Source of the DNA: Octopus vulgaris
Taxonomy: Eukaryota
DNA: 64,000 nt
Direction: 5' to 3'
Assembly (NCBI GenBank): GCA_951406725.2
Contig: OX597829.1
Coordinates: forward strand, 9,176,001 to 9,240,000
Below the pieces are notes generated by a model. It saw only the letters and a program-made list of their open reading frames with translations. It was not told where the DNA came from and did not search any database. Each line of letters begins with the position of its first letter. Within the stretch, counting starts at the first letter, position 1. Below, piece by piece: positions 1-14,378 of this stretch. Both the position numbers and the translations under genes were made by a program.

Positions 1-360
1 TCTTGGGGTGAGGGAGGGGAAGTGAATCTCTTGGTCACGGAGGAGACGCACCCTCTCTCAGTTGAGAGGAAAAAAGAGAAAAAGAAACAGGACATTGCCG
101 GCTGTCGGTGACATAGCACCGGAATGTCCCGGAATCTTGCCGGTAGGGGTTGCGCCACCGGCAGGGGAAAAGACACCTTTAGGGGAAACTGTGCCGCCAA
201 CGGTAGAATTGAGTACCTCGAACCCGGATGAAGAGGAACTATTGGTCTTCTACAGAGGCGGAGAGGTAGAAGAGGTGGTGGAAATGCACCATAAGGGAGT
301 ACCTTTAACCTTCACACAGAAAATCTAAGTGAGGAGCACTAGATTCTTTGGAAGAATGCA
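1..360 (-). mobile_element. Possible 5' remnant of a Penelope-like element
   Basis: 323-360 (CTAAGTGAGGAGCACTAGATTCTTTGGAAGAATGCA) recurs at about 10658-10693, so it is a repeat family. The minus-strand mixed-frame translation (R..TQFY..RH..SPKG) loosely resembles PLE N-termini. Weak. Confidence 0.25.
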
Positions 361-639
361 AGTGAATATATACAAAAACAAGGACGAAAAAAACGGAGAA
401 ATGGTAGTCAATTACAAATACAACACACATATATAAAAAGATGACGGTGGCTAGACGCAACTCAAAACCAAAAAGGAAATATTTCGCCATCATTAAAATG
501 TGAAGAAAGGTGCAGGGAGTAGCAGCTTTGCTAGAAATATGGAACAAGCTTTTTTCTATATACTGACAGGGAAGACAACCTCTCCACCGCAAAATCTATA
601 TATTATGTAACGACATGTGGATTGTTGGCGATTTTCTCC

Positions 640-805
640 TCCGTTTTCCTTTTCTCTTGGACTTTCCTCTCTCTCCTGTTTCAGAAAAAGAGCTTTGCTC
701 GAAAAGTAAAACACCCTTTCTTTCCTTCCCTGAACGTCTTTCTAATACTTTGCATGTACCACGTCCTCGCGTTGTCTTGTGTTTTTTGTCCGTTTGTTTT
801 TAATT
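640..805 (+). repeat. Hammerhead-bearing short repeat unit (degenerate copy)
   Basis: Similar to the reverse complement of 10135-10315. Contains TGTTT-CAGAAAA-A-GAGC ttt GCTC-GAAAA-GTA-AAACA (677-713), a decayed hammerhead with intact stems I and II. Confidence 0.6.
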
Positions 806-854
806 AATTATATATATGTGTACACGCACACACATATATATGTATGTATGTATG

Positions 855-902
<48 letters not shown>

Positions 903-904
<2 letters not shown>

Positions 905-1098
905 CACAGGCGTGACTGCTGTGTAGCAAGAACATGCTTCCCAACCACATGCTCCCTGCGTCAGTCCCACTGCGTTACACCTCGGGCATGCATCTTCTAC
1001 AATAGCCTCGCGCAGACCAAAGCCTTGTGAATGGATTTGTTCGACTAAAGGTGGTGCTCCAGCATGACTGCAGTCAAAGGACTGGAACAAGTAAAGGA
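903..1098 (+). mobile_element. tRNA-derived SINE family A, internally deleted
   Basis: Head similar to 4914-5077 joined directly to the family tail GGTGCTCCAGCATGACTGCAGTCAAA. Confidence 0.8.
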
Positions 1099-1105
1099 AT
1101 ATATA

Positions 1106-1968
1106 CAGTGCGGTGAATAAATTGCTGTTTAAACTATGCAAAAATGAAAATATCACTAACATCTCATTTTAGCAGATACATTTACCAAAATTACATGAAA
1201 ATATCTTGAAATAGTAAAGAGTAAATTTATTCAATAAAATCGCCATTGGCTTCAACCACGATCTCCAGACGACTTCAGAATCTCCTGTAATCGTTCTGGA
1301 TGGCCTCGTTGTTTAAGATAGTAATTGGTGAGATATTCCTTTTCTTCAGTTCATCTTTGGTGATACAAGGAGTTTTGTTGGTCTCTCGCTCAACTGCGCT
1401 CCACACATAATAATCAAGGGGGTTGCAAGTCTGGAGAGTTACGTGGCCAGATGTTAGGAGTGATGTGGTCACAGAAATTGTCTGACAGCCATGACTGGGT
1501 TCTCCTGCTTGTGTGGCATGGTGCAGAGTTTTGTTGCCAGACATAAGGGCTTCCAGGAGTCGCCCTCTTGAGCCAGGGTAGCACTACCTTCTCCAGGCAC
1601 TTGTTGAGTCTGAGGCCGTATGAGCCAATGAATGTAGGCATAACGTCTCCATCACTAATGATCACACCATGATGTTGATTGGATGTTTGATTTTTATCAC
1701 CCTTGGTACATGTTTTGGGGACACGGCAAGCCAACGGTTGTTCTGTGTGTTCACTATCTGTACGTATTGAAGCTTCCAGCGCGAATGCTAAGCAGTACAG
1801 CAAATCGTTTCCAACTTTCTGGCAAAGTGAACTGCATCAAAGTGCTGTTTTTCTCTCAGACGGTGCCCAACTGACTCTACTTTACTGTGTAGTCGCGAAA
1901 ACTAAAAACGAACAATGCGCAAACGCAAAATTAGAAATATCAAATGACGACAAAGTACCCATCGCACC

Positions 1969-1971
<3 letters not shown>
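1106..1971 (-). mobile_element. Decayed Tc1/mariner-superfamily DNA transposon, maT-like (DD37D)
   Basis: Frameshifted peptide YVWQQNSAPCH...WPRNSPD(C)NPLDYYVW has 37 residues between the second catalytic position (D mutated to N) and the third D. Degenerate TIRs CAGTGCGGTGAATAAATTG and rc CAGGGTGCGATGGGTACTTTG, with TA flanks. Confidence 0.8.
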
Positions 1972-2025
<54 letters not shown>

Positions 2026-2093
2026 GGAGTAAACACATAAATGTGAAACAAGGTGGAAAAAAAGTACTCAAATACCAGTGGTAGAGTAATATG

Positions 2094-2210
2094 CTTTATT
2101 TTAAGCAGCAGAAATTTCAACAAAATCTGTTACTCTGAAACTGTCTGATGAACGGCAACGAGAAACTCAGAGTAACAGATTTTGTTGAATTTTCTGCTGC
2201 TTAAAATAAA

Positions 2211-2211
<1 letters not shown>
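2094..2211. repeat. 45-bp inverted repeat with 28-bp spacer
   Basis: Arms 2094-2138 and 2167-2211 with one mismatch, inside a unit bounded by (TA)n on both sides. Confidence 0.95.
2141..2178 (+). ncRNA. Minimal type I hammerhead ribozyme motif
   Basis: CTGT (stem I) - CTGATGA (2145-2151) - ACG GCAA CGA (stem II with GNRA loop, one mismatch) - GAAAC TCAGA GTA (stem III and GUA site) - ACAG (stem I'). Confidence 0.7.
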
Positions 2212-2250
<39 letters not shown>

Positions 2251-2659
2251 CTACACACACATGTGTGCGTATGCATACATATACATAGACATACAAATTT
2301 GTGTGAGCGTGAATGTCTGTATATTAGCGCATACTGTCTGCATAGGTATATAAAATCGTGTGTATTTTATAAAGTATATAATTACAGAGTATGTTACATG
2401 TATGAACATATGTACGCATATGTATACACGGACGTGTGTATATGTGAATATGTTTGTACGTGGATATGTGGACGATGAGAAGGGTGGTGGGTAGTTAAAC
2501 AAAGAGAAAACAATTAAAAACCAGTGTCTGTTGTTTTTCCTCTTTTATTTTTCACCCTCAGCTCCCCTCTTCTTGTTCGGATTTTGATTTAATGTTGAAT
2601 ACGTCCCAGGTGTTAAAAAACTTGCGCGAGAATCCGACAAACCACTAATTGGATTTGGG

Positions 2660-3960
<1,301 letters not shown>

Positions 3961-4389
3961 ATCTTATTTGTTTTAGATAATTTTTTCCCCTCTTTTCTTG
4001 TGGTAAAATGTCTGATTGATGTGATGTAGCTGGTTATGAAGATAGAATACTTGCAAATGAGAAATTAGTGTCTCTGCATAATTGTGTGTGTGTGAGAAAG
4101 AGAGAGAGAGAGAGAGGGAGAGAGAGAGAGAGAGAGATAAAGAAAGAAAGAGAGAGAGGGATGAAGGGAAAGAGAAAGAGAGCAGAGTATGGATGAACAT
4201 GTGTCTAATCATGTTTGTGTGCGGTTTCTAATCCTGTGTACGTTTCATCTTTTGAAAAGTAATTAGCAATCTACACATGCACACACATATTCACACACTT
4301 ATAAATAAGTTAATCGTTATACTTTGTAAACAATACATGTGAAGAGGAGCCAAAGAGTGGCAGTGTGTGTGTGTGGGGGGGGAAGAAGG

Positions 4390-4630
4390 CTTGCTCTAAG
4401 TGGCTGCTCGACTTGTTAGTAATAGCTGCAAAATTTTCGTTATAATAAAAGTTGTCATTAAAAAAATGGGAAGGGCACGCTTGGTAATATGAAAATGTGA
4501 TCCTTTACAGCAGTGTTTTAACGGAGGACGAGTTGGTCATGGCTGAAACGCCGTGATTTAAGTGTCTCCTGGGTTAGAGTCAGTCAACCTGATGGAGTCG
4601 GGTAGGGTGTATTGTTATATAATAACAACA
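4390..4630 (+). repeat. Old interspersed repeat, probably a SINE 3' half
   Basis: GGTCATGGCTGAAACG-like motif has diverged reverse-complement relatives near 32890-33075 and 33940-34030. Confidence 0.4.
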
Positions 4631-4847
4631 TGGACGCTTGTAAATCAATGAAAGTTAGCAATCAGTATCATGAGAAAGGGATAGAATGTTATCCAATGCT
4701 TGGATTGGCCATTATTTTGTATACGTAGTACGTGTGTGTGTGTGTGTGTGTGCCTGGGATATTTCTGGATTCATGCATACACATACACACACATACACAT
4801 ATATGTATGTATATATATATATATATACATATACATACATATATGTA

Positions 4848-4913
<66 letters not shown>

Positions 4914-4915
<2 letters not shown>

Positions 4916-5076
4916 CACAGGAGCGGCTGTGTGGTAAGTAGCTTGTTTACCAACCACATGGTTCCGGATTCAGTCCCACTGCGTGGCACCTTGGGCAAGT
5001 GTCTTCTACTATAGCCTCGGGCCGACCAAAGCCTTGTGAGTGGATTTGGTAGACGGAAACTGAAAGAAGCCCGTTG

Positions 5077-5077
<1 letters not shown>
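4914..5077 (+). mobile_element. tRNA-derived SINE family A, 5' half
   Basis: Pol III A-box-like GGCTGTGTGG and B-box-like GATTCAGTCC, followed by GGCACCTTGGGCAAGTG, which resembles the CORE-SINE domain. Many copies in the window. Confidence 0.9.
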
Positions 5078-5109
<32 letters not shown>

Positions 5110-5313
5110 ATATGTATATGCATATATATATATATGCATATATGTGTGTGAGTGTGAATTCTTTTATTGTTTCACGTGTTTCTGTCATGTGACTGCGGCC
5201 ATATCAAATCAATTACAATAAACAAAATCAAATGCAAAATAATAGGTCAGAGTAATGTACACAGTTAATATTATTAAGACGACGCCCAAAGAAAGATAAA
5301 AGTTATAGTAAAA

Positions 5314-5349
5314 GTATAACGTTTCGGACATAGTCCTTCGTCAAATAGA
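5314..5349 (-). ncRNA. Minimal hammerhead-like motif (C3U variant) in repeat unit at about 5270-5470
   Basis: Minus strand: TAT-TTGACGA-A-GGAC tat GTCC-GAAAC-GTT-ATA. Confidence 0.55.
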
Positions 5350-5493
5350 AGAAGAAATTCCAGTGAATGAAAGAGAGGAAAGGAATGTGGGAGTGGGAAA
5401 AATAAGAAAAGTGTACCAGAAAAAAAACAACGCATGTGGACTACTTTACACGTTTGAAGTCTAGCACTCAACTACTTATATGTATGGACGTAC

Positions 5494-5568
<75 letters not shown>

Positions 5569-5700
5569 GTTCATAATATAATTGCCAATCTGCATCCGAG
5601 ACTTAGTTTAAGGTATTATCTCCCTTGCTGGTAGTTTTTTTTAGATTTAGATCTAGTTTACAAATGTAGGAAACTCAAATCATTATATTGCGTATATAAA

Positions 5701-6120
5701 GGCGGAGAGCTGGAAGAAACGTTAGCACGCCGGGCGAAATGCTTAGTGGTATTTCATCTATCGTTACGTTCTGAGTTCAAATTCCGCTAAGGTTGACTTT
5801 GCCTTTCATCTTTTCGGGGTCGATAAATTAAGTACCAATTACGCACTGGGGTCGATATAATCGACTTGATCCGTTTGTCTGTCCTTGTTTGTCCCTTCTG
5901 TGTTTAGCCCCTTGTGGGTAGTAAAGAAATAGGTATTTCGTCTGCCGTTACGTTCTGAGTTCAAATTCCGCCGAAGTCGATTTTGCCTTTCATCCTTTCG
6001 GGGTCGATAAATTAAGTACAAGTTACGTACAGGGGTCGATATAATCGACTTGATCCGTTTGTCCGTCCCTGTTTGTCCCCTCTATGTTTAGCCCCTTGTG
6101 GGCAATAAAGAAATAAGAAA
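5701..6120 (+). mobile_element. tRNA-derived SINE family B with internal tandem duplication
   Basis: Head GGCGGAGAGCTGGAAGAAACGTTAGC and B-box-like GAGTTCAAATTCC. A block of about 185 bp occurs twice (about 5748-5931 and 5932-6118). Confidence 0.85.
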
Positions 6121-6291
6121 TAAAAAGTACGATTGCAATGACTCAGATACATATGGTTTTTAGATGTCTATTCTAAACCAGTTACTATTTGGATATGCGT
6201 TTCCATTCCATTGTAAATTCCATTTGTATATTTTTAAGTATTTATATAAGAATGGTGTTTCTTTAGATTTTAGTTTCTTTTGTATTTGCAG

Positions 6292-6371
6292 AATTCAAGC
6301 CTGTCGCTGATAAACTGCAAGACTCTTTTGTTTCAGTCGAGAGAACACTTGAGGGCTTGGGGCTTACCTGA
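6292..6371 (+). CDS. Candidate terminal coding exon (xFKPVADKLQDSFVSVERTLEGLGLT*), unverified
   Basis: Good acceptor TTTCTTTTGTATTTGCAG at 6274-6291, then a non-repetitive, more GC-rich open frame ending in TGA. No homology recognised. Confidence 0.25.
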
Positions 6372-6465
6372 ATTGGTTGATGTACGCATGCGCGTATTTG
6401 TGTCGCGCGTATATGAGTGCACATGCGATGTATGTGCATGCACATAAATATAAAAAAACGCGTGT

Positions 6466-6511
<46 letters not shown>

Positions 6512-6597
6512 GCTAAGTGTGAGCGTATGTGTGCGCTTGTGTGTGTGCTGAGCACATATAAATCAAGCTGGGATGTATTTATTTCTCTAATGATATT

Positions 6598-6633
<36 letters not shown>

Positions 6634-7809
6634 ACACTCACACACACAAACACACACACACACACAACATTCGTTGCTTTCACCACTTGTGTTTAAACAC
6701 AATATACACTCGTCCTATTGTCTTTATGTTGTAGAAGACTGCAAAGATCAGCATCATCGGAGTTTTCTCCTTTGCTGGCAGTTTTTAGATTTTACGCCCT
6801 AAATGGAGATTTTGTTTTCTAATTGCTGGAATAATTTCAGTTAATTGAAGTTTGCAGCACTCCGTATTACATATGTGAGACCCGACCGTATGTATACATG
6901 CCGCACGTGTGTGTATGTGCATACATGCGTAAATGTATATGGAAATATGTGTGTTGTATGTTGCTATGTATATATGCATCCTGGTACGTAAGTGTGTATG
7001 TGTATTTATATGTGTTATTTGCATTTGTATGTCTTTGTATACATAAACACATACCATTCTTATATACACGCGTATACACTCTCTCACTCGGACACACAGA
7101 CATAACCATAGCTGTTTTCAGCTATAGACAATGACACTCACGTTCATACATTCAAACATATATAGATATGTACACTCACACACGCATGTATGTAAGTGTG
7201 TATATGTATATGTATGTATGTACACACACTGGCATACGCGTATATAATTAAATCATATCTATAATTAAAAGCAATTTTGATTCCGTCGAAGCTGGTCTGT
7301 TCCTCCATATTATAATATCATGTAAAATTTCTAATTATTAATTGCACTTCCTTCACTGTTCATTGCTTATGAAATATAATCTTTAAACGAGGTGTGACGT
7401 TTGCTGTTATCAAAAAACAAACACCTAACAAAGACCTCAGCTCTTCACCTCCCACTCTCTCCCTCTCCCTCTCTCCATTATCGAAATCCTTCGTCTTAAT
7501 CATCACGAAACACATCGTCGTCTCGCTCCTCCTTCCACTCCTCTCTTTCGCTCGCTCTTGTATCTTTCTAATCTATCTTCATATCTCACCCGCCCCTTGT
7601 CTAACTGTTATCTTCTCTCCATCCCTCCCGCCCTCCTTCTCACTTCGTACTCAACGTTTATTTATACCATCATTTCATTATTCCATTTCCCCCCCTTTTA
7701 GCAACCATCATCATCTTCCAAACAATCTTCTCTCAACACATTCCCCATCAAACTTTTTAATTGTGGCTCTTGTTGTTGCTGCTGTTCATAGTCGTTGGCG
7801 GCGACAGCG

Positions 7810-9000
7810 TCTTCTTCTTCTTCTTCTTCTTCTTCTTCTTCTTCTTCTTCTTCTTCTTCTTCTTCTTCTTCTTCTTCTTCTTCTTCTTCTTCTTCTTCTT
7901 CTTCTTCTTCTTCTTCTTCTTCTTCTTCTTCTTCTTCTTCTTCTTCTTCTTCTTCTTCTTCTTCTTTTTCTTCTTCTTCTTCTACTTCTTCTTCTTCTTC
8001 TTCTTCTTCTTTTTCTTCTTCTTCTTCTTCTTCTTCTTCTTCTTCTTCTCCTTCTTCTTCTTCTTCTTCCTTCCTTCTTCTTCTCCTCCTTCTTCTTCTT
8101 CTTCTTCTTCTTCTTCTTCTCCTCCTCCTTCTTCTTCTTCTCCTTCTTCTTTTTCTTCTTCTCTTTTTCTTCTTCTTCTTCTTCTTCTTCTTCTTCTTCT
8201 TCTCTTTTTCTTCTTCTTCTTTTTCTTCTTCTTCTTCTTCTTCTCTTTTTCTTCTTCTTTTTCTTCTTCTTCTTCTTCTTCTCTTCTTCTTCTTCTTCTT
8301 CTTCTTCTTCTTCTTCTCCTTCTTCTTCTCCTCCTTCTTCTTCTTCTCCTTCTTCTTTTTCTTCTTCTCTTTTTCTTCTTCTTCTTCTTCTTCTTCTTTT
8401 TCTTCTTCTTCTTCTTCTTCTTCTTCTTCTTCTCCTTCTTCTTCTTCTTCTTCTTCTCCTTCTTCTTCTTCTCCTCCTTCTTCTTCTTCTTCTTCTTCTT
8501 CTTCTTCTTCTTCTTCTTCTTCTTCTCTTCTTCTTCTTCTTCTTCTTCTTCTTCTCTTCTTCTTCTCCTTCTTCTTCTTCTTCTTCTCTTCTTCTTCTCT
8601 TTTCTTCTTCTTCTTCTCCTTCTTCTTCTTCTTCTTCTTCTTCTTCTTCTTCTTCTTCTTCTTCTTCTCCTTCTTCTTCTTCTTCTTCTTCTTCTTCTTC
8701 TCCTTCTTCTTCTTCTCCTCCTTCTTCTTCTTCTTCTTCTTCTTCTTCTTCTCCTCCTCCTTCTTCTTCTTCTCCTTCTTCTTCTTCTTCTTCTTCTTCT
8801 CCTTCTTCTTCTTCTTCTTCTTCTTCTTCTTCTTCTTCTTCTTCTCCTTCTTCTTCTTTTTCTTCTTCTCCTCCTTCTTCCTTCTTCTTCTTTTCTTCTT
8901 CTTTTCTTCTTTTTTCTTTCTTCTTCTTCTCCTCCTCCTCTTCCTCCTCCTCCTCCTCCTCCTCCTCCTTCTTCCTCTCGTTCTTCGTCTGCTCCTCCTT
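7810..9000. repeat. About 1.2 kb (TTC)n/(CTC)n polypyrimidine tract
   Basis: Directly visible. Produces the 413-538 aa artefact ORFs. Confidence 0.98.
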
Positions 9001-9080
9001 AACGTCATGATCATTATCATGACCCCCACCACCACCACACCGTCGTCGTCGTCGTTCCTCTCATCATCATCATTATCATC

Positions 9081-9113
<33 letters not shown>

Positions 9114-9220
9114 ACAACAGTTACATCATCATCGTTTTATCCCCGAAAGAGATACAAAAGCTGATACATAAGAGTCCACACATATGCTAAGACAGGTACC
9201 CCACAACACACACACACACA

Positions 9221-9285
<65 letters not shown>

Positions 9286-10229
9286 GTATGTATCATTCGT
9301 CACACATCTGTGACCTCTTCAGCGACATTTTCCATCCTCGTGTATTCTTCTGCTCCGCTTAGCCATTCTGTCCTTCTCTGACCTGTATCCTTATCTGCGC
9401 ATGCGTTTTGTATCTGTATCTTTCTATGTACCTCTGTGTATGTATGCATGGGAGTGTGTGCACACGAGAGTGAGTACGCGTGTCTAGGTGTTTTGCATGT
9501 ACCCTTATTACGTGTGCATGTGTGGGCTTACCCACCACACCATTTATATCCGTGCCCTTTATTTATATTGTGGTTATTGTTATCGTCATCGTTCTTAGTG
9601 GGCAAATAAATTGTGATCACATATAAGAGCAATCTACTCGATGAAGTGCCGGCAAATAACTGTTGCTGAATCATGTTTATTTATGTAATTATTTATACAG
9701 TAACATAATGTAATGATATGAGAATGAAAGCTCAGTAGCTTAAGCTGTTGCCACTGCACAGAGACACAAGTAATTTGTAATTAAAGCCTGTTTGTTTCAT
9801 TTTGTTGTATAAATTTATGCATAGACAAACAGACAGACAGACATACAACACAGACAGACGCACACGCAGACACATATTCGTAAGAGTAGAACAATGAGAA
9901 TGAATGCTCAACACTGCATTGGAGGATAACAATTCATTATTTATGTATTAAGGCTACCATCAGTTTCATGATAAGAAGATATCTTAACATCTTGACAATT
10001 TTTCAAACCGATCACATGAAGGAATGGTGTTCGACTCCATTGTGGATTATATACATACATACATACATACATAATACATACATGCATATATACATAGATG
10101 ATGATACATACATACAGACATATATATATAGCTAATACAAACATGAACAAAGAGAAAACACAATAACGCGTGGGCGTGGAGCAAGTATAGTGTGATTGGA
10201 TGCTCAGGAAAGGAAAGAAAGAAGGAGGA

Positions 10230-10263
10230 TTTAACGTTTCGAGCGGAGCCCTTCGTCAGAAAC
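10230..10263 (-). ncRNA. Minimal hammerhead motif with canonical core, in repeat unit at about 10135-10315
   Basis: Minus strand: TTT-CTGACGA-A-GGGC tcc GCTC-GAAAC-GTT-AAA. Palindromic AACGTT stands in place of stem III. Confidence 0.7.
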
Positions 10264-10315
10264 ATAGAAAAAGGAAAGTCCAAGGAAGGTAAGACGGAGA
10301 AAGAAAATCATATAT

Positions 10316-10451
<136 letters not shown>

Positions 10452-10722
10452 AGACCAAAGTGTTCGTACGCCACCATATTTTTTATATAAAAAATACAAA
10501 AATGGGACAAGAACGCAAAAAATCCAGACAGACAATACAAAGAAAACAAGGATGGGTCATTCGGAGTTTTCTTTTCTCAGTCGAGTTCCAGATTATCTTT
10601 ACAATTTCGGCAGGTTATACTCGAGATTGCTCCAATCTGGGCTGCCCCAAGGAAAAGCTAAGTTAAGAGCACTAGATTCCTTGGAAGAAAGCATCAATAC
10701 ACACACACATGTATATATAATA

Positions 10723-10777
<55 letters not shown>

Positions 10778-11156
10778 GCCACTGAGCCCACTGAGAAGTT
10801 GTCCAGGCATCCTATGAGTCTAGAGGCCCTATTCTGAACTACGTATCCTGTGGCTTACTGTCAATCACTAAATACTATGGAGCCCGCTGTATTGACTAGC
10901 CCAGGGTTTTATAATGCTAGTAAGAAGGCCCTGTATGTTTGTATGTATCTATGAATCTATGTATGTATGAACGTACGTATGTATGTATGAATGTATTATG
11001 TGTGTATGTATGTACGTATGTATATACATATGTGCATAAGTATATATATATATATATATATATGTACGTATGTATGTATGTATACATATATACATACACA
11101 CACACATATACATACATACATATATATTTGCATGTGCGTATGTGCGAGTGTGTGTG

Positions 11157-11372
11157 TGTGTCTTTGTGTCTGTGTCCCTCCATCACCGCTTGACAACCGG
11201 TGCTAGTGTGTTTACGTCCCCATAACTTAGGAGTTCCTTCAAAGAGCTTGATAAAATAAGTATTAAGGTTTAAAAACAAGTCTTGAGATCGATTTCTTCG
11301 ACTAAAAACACCTTTAAGGCGGTGCTCCAGCATGGCCGCAGTCAAACAATTGAAACAACTAAGACAATAAAT
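11157..11372 (+). mobile_element. SINE family A, 3' half
   Basis: GCTTGACAACCGGTGCT...GGCGGTGCTCCAGCATGGCCGCAGTCAAA tail. Confidence 0.85.
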
Positions 11373-11432
11373 GGAGTGTATATATATGCATATATATATA
11401 TATATATGTATTATATATGCATATATATATGC

Positions 11433-11474
<42 letters not shown>

Positions 11475-11505
11475 GCATATATATATATGCATATATATAT
11501 ATATG

Positions 11506-11550
<45 letters not shown>

Positions 11551-13454
11551 GAGAAAAACCGGCAGAGGCAGACTGACAGAAAGACAGACATCTAAAGCAG
11601 AAGAGGGAGAAAGTGAGAGAGAGAGAGAGAGAGAGAGTGAGAGAGAGCAAGAGAGAGGGAGGGGAGAGAGATAGAGAGAAGACTCGCATGCAAGTGAACT
11701 AGATAGCTAGGTGTAGGGAAATTGTTGTTGTGTGATAGAAAAAAAAGAGAGGGAGAGGATTGAAACACGGAAAGAAAGAAAGAAAGAAAGAAAGAGGATA
11801 TATAGCGGCAGAGGAAAAAAGACATTGTTTGGTGAGGAGGAGCTGTGATGGCGACACTGTTGGTGGCGGCGGCAGCAGTCGGTGTGATGCTGGTTATGCT
11901 GATGGTGATGGATTTGACAGTGGTGATGTTGTTGTTGTTGATGGTGTTGGTTGTTGTGGTGGCAGTTGTGGCGTAGGTCATTGGCAGCTGTGATGGTTGT
12001 GGTGGTGGTTGTGGTGGTGGTTGTGGTGGTGGTGGTGGTGGTAGTGGTGGTGGTGGTGGCGGTAAAATGAAACGTAAAGATCTTTTTCATTGAATCAATA
12101 TTATGATGTTCTCCCATATCAAACCTCAACATCTCCATTTCACGCTATTTATCAAATGTAATTAAAGGTTTGACGAGTTGCTGAACGAGTTTTTAACACC
12201 TTAAATCTCAAACCGACTTTAAAAATCAAATCGGTGGAATCTTCCATTAATTGTAACGCTTTTCTTGATTAACACAACCGCCCCACCACCACCACCACCA
12301 CCACCGCTTCTCCTTTTCCTTCTTCCTCTTTTGTTCTATTAATTATCATGCTCTCTCAGTCTCTGTCTGTCTCTCTCTCTCACCCTTTCTCTTCCTCTTC
12401 CTCTCTCCCTCTCTCTCTCTCTCTCAATAGGTTTCTTTTAGATAGTAGTATGTAACTTTTCATTTTGTTTTAAACATTTGTTTGCCTCTCTTTTGTCGTA
12501 TGCGTGTGTGTGTGTGTATGTGTGTTTGTGTGTATGTGTGTATGCATATGCACACACACACACATATATTCACCCCCCTCTCTCTCTTTCTCTCACTTGC
12601 ACTCTGCTTTGATTGTCTACAGCTTTAATCACTCACTCTCCATTTACTTCTCTTTACCTCTCACTACTTCTCTCCGCTTCTCTCTATCTGTCATTTTCTC
12701 TTCCTTTCCCTCCTCTCCCCACCTTCCTCTCCTCACTCTTACTACATTATTTATATAATTCAACTTAATTGCATCTTTCTCACAGTCTTCCTCTCTCCCA
12801 CTCTCTCTCTCTCCTTCCTCTCCTCCTCCTCCTCTCTCCGCTTCTTTCTATCTGTCTTTATCATTCTCGCCACACTCCCTTTCTCCCCATCATTTTGCCT
12901 TCATCTCACATATTTGTTTTATATCTTGTCTTTCTTTTCATCCTGACACTTTTCACACTCAAACATACAAGCCCCCCCCCCCATTCCACCACCCCCTCTC
13001 TCTCTCTCACTCTCTGTGCCTCTTTTTCTATCTTTCTCTCTGTTTCTTTCTCCGTATCTTTTATGACCTTAATTAAATAAATGTTTCTTTGTTAGAATAA
13101 AGAAAAAAATTCTAGAAAAAAAGGGAAATAATGAAAAATACTAAAGTTTTCATCTTTGGGTATGTTGATTTGTTTTCGCTAATTTCATTTATTTATTTAG
13201 TCTATCATCATCGCCATGGTCACCACCACCACCACTACAATAACAACAACCATTACAACCACTACTACCACAGCCACCCACTTCATGATCATCGTCATCA
13301 TCATCATTATCATCACGGATTTAGTTGGACGCTGCAATTAATCGCTTTGACATTTCACATTAAGTGTTTGTTTCCGGAGTTCGAATTTCAAGGTAGACCT
13401 TGCATTTTATCTCTCCTGGGAGGTAATTGCCCAATAATATACTTGTGTCAGTAT

Positions 13455-13505
<51 letters not shown>

Positions 13506-13553
13506 CATACACATATATATATATTCGTATATTCTCTCGTTTTTTCTGTGTCC

Positions 13554-13589
13554 CTTTCTGTAGAAGAGCGTAGGCTCGAAACGTAAAAG
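13554..13589 (+). ncRNA. Hammerhead-like motif with CUGUAGA core, in repeat unit at about 13525-13682
   Basis: CTTT-CTGTAGA-A-GAGC gtag GCTC-GAAAC-GTA-AAAG. Confidence 0.6.
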
Positions 13590-13729
13590 ACTTTTTCTAT
13601 TCCTGTGCGTTATACTAATACATCTGTTTGTTTTGTACACCACCTGTCTTCGTCTTTTGTTTTTTTCGTAAACTCTCCCTATATATATATATAATAATAA
13701 TAATAATGAAATAATAATATATATCTGTT

Positions 13730-14143
13730 CACTCTTTACTCTTTTACTTGTTTCAGTCATTTGACTGCAGCCATGCTGGAGCAACGCCTTTTAGTCAAGC
13801 AAATCGACCCCGGGACTTATTATTTGTAAGCCCAGTACTTATTCTATCGGTCTCTTTTGCCGAACCGCTAAGTGACGGGGACGTAAACACACCAGCATCG
13901 GTTGTTAAGCAATGCTAGGGGGACAAACACAGACACACGAAACACACACACACACACACACATATATATATGCATATATACGACAGGCTTCTTTCAGTTT
14001 CCGTCTACCAAATCCACTCACAAGGTATTGGTCGACCCGGGGCTATAGTAGAAGACACTTGCCAAAGATGCCACGCAGTGGGACTGAACCCGGAACCATG
14101 TGGTTGGTTAGCAAGCTACTTACCACACAGCCACTCCTGCGCC
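13730..14143 (-). mobile_element. SINE family A, full length
   Basis: Head, CORE-like segment, internal (CA)/(TA) microsatellite and tail ending in GAGTAAAA repeats. Near-identical to 24730-25130. Confidence 0.92.
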
Positions 14144-14188
14144 TGATCATATATATATATATATATATATTTATACATACATACATAC

Positions 14189-14230
<42 letters not shown>

Positions 14231-14234
14231 TTCC

Positions 14235-14378
14235 TTTATTTTTTTATTTGTTTCAGTCATTTGATTGCGGCCATGCTGGAGCACCGCCTTTAGTCGAACA
14301 AATCGACCCCAGGACTTATACTTTGTAAGTGTAGTACTTATTCTATCGGTTTCTTTTGCCAAATCGCTAAGTTACAGG
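14235..14378 (-). mobile_element. SINE family A, 3' fragment
   Basis: Matches 13745-13880. Confidence 0.85.

Noticed and set aside
7394-9171. ORFs of 413-538 aa
   Set aside because: Translations of (TTC)n, which has no stop codon in any frame.
10585-10660. Minus-strand stem GGCAG...CTGCC followed by GAAA
   Set aside because: The upstream sequence (TTCCTTGG) does not match CUGANGA, so it is not called as a hammerhead.
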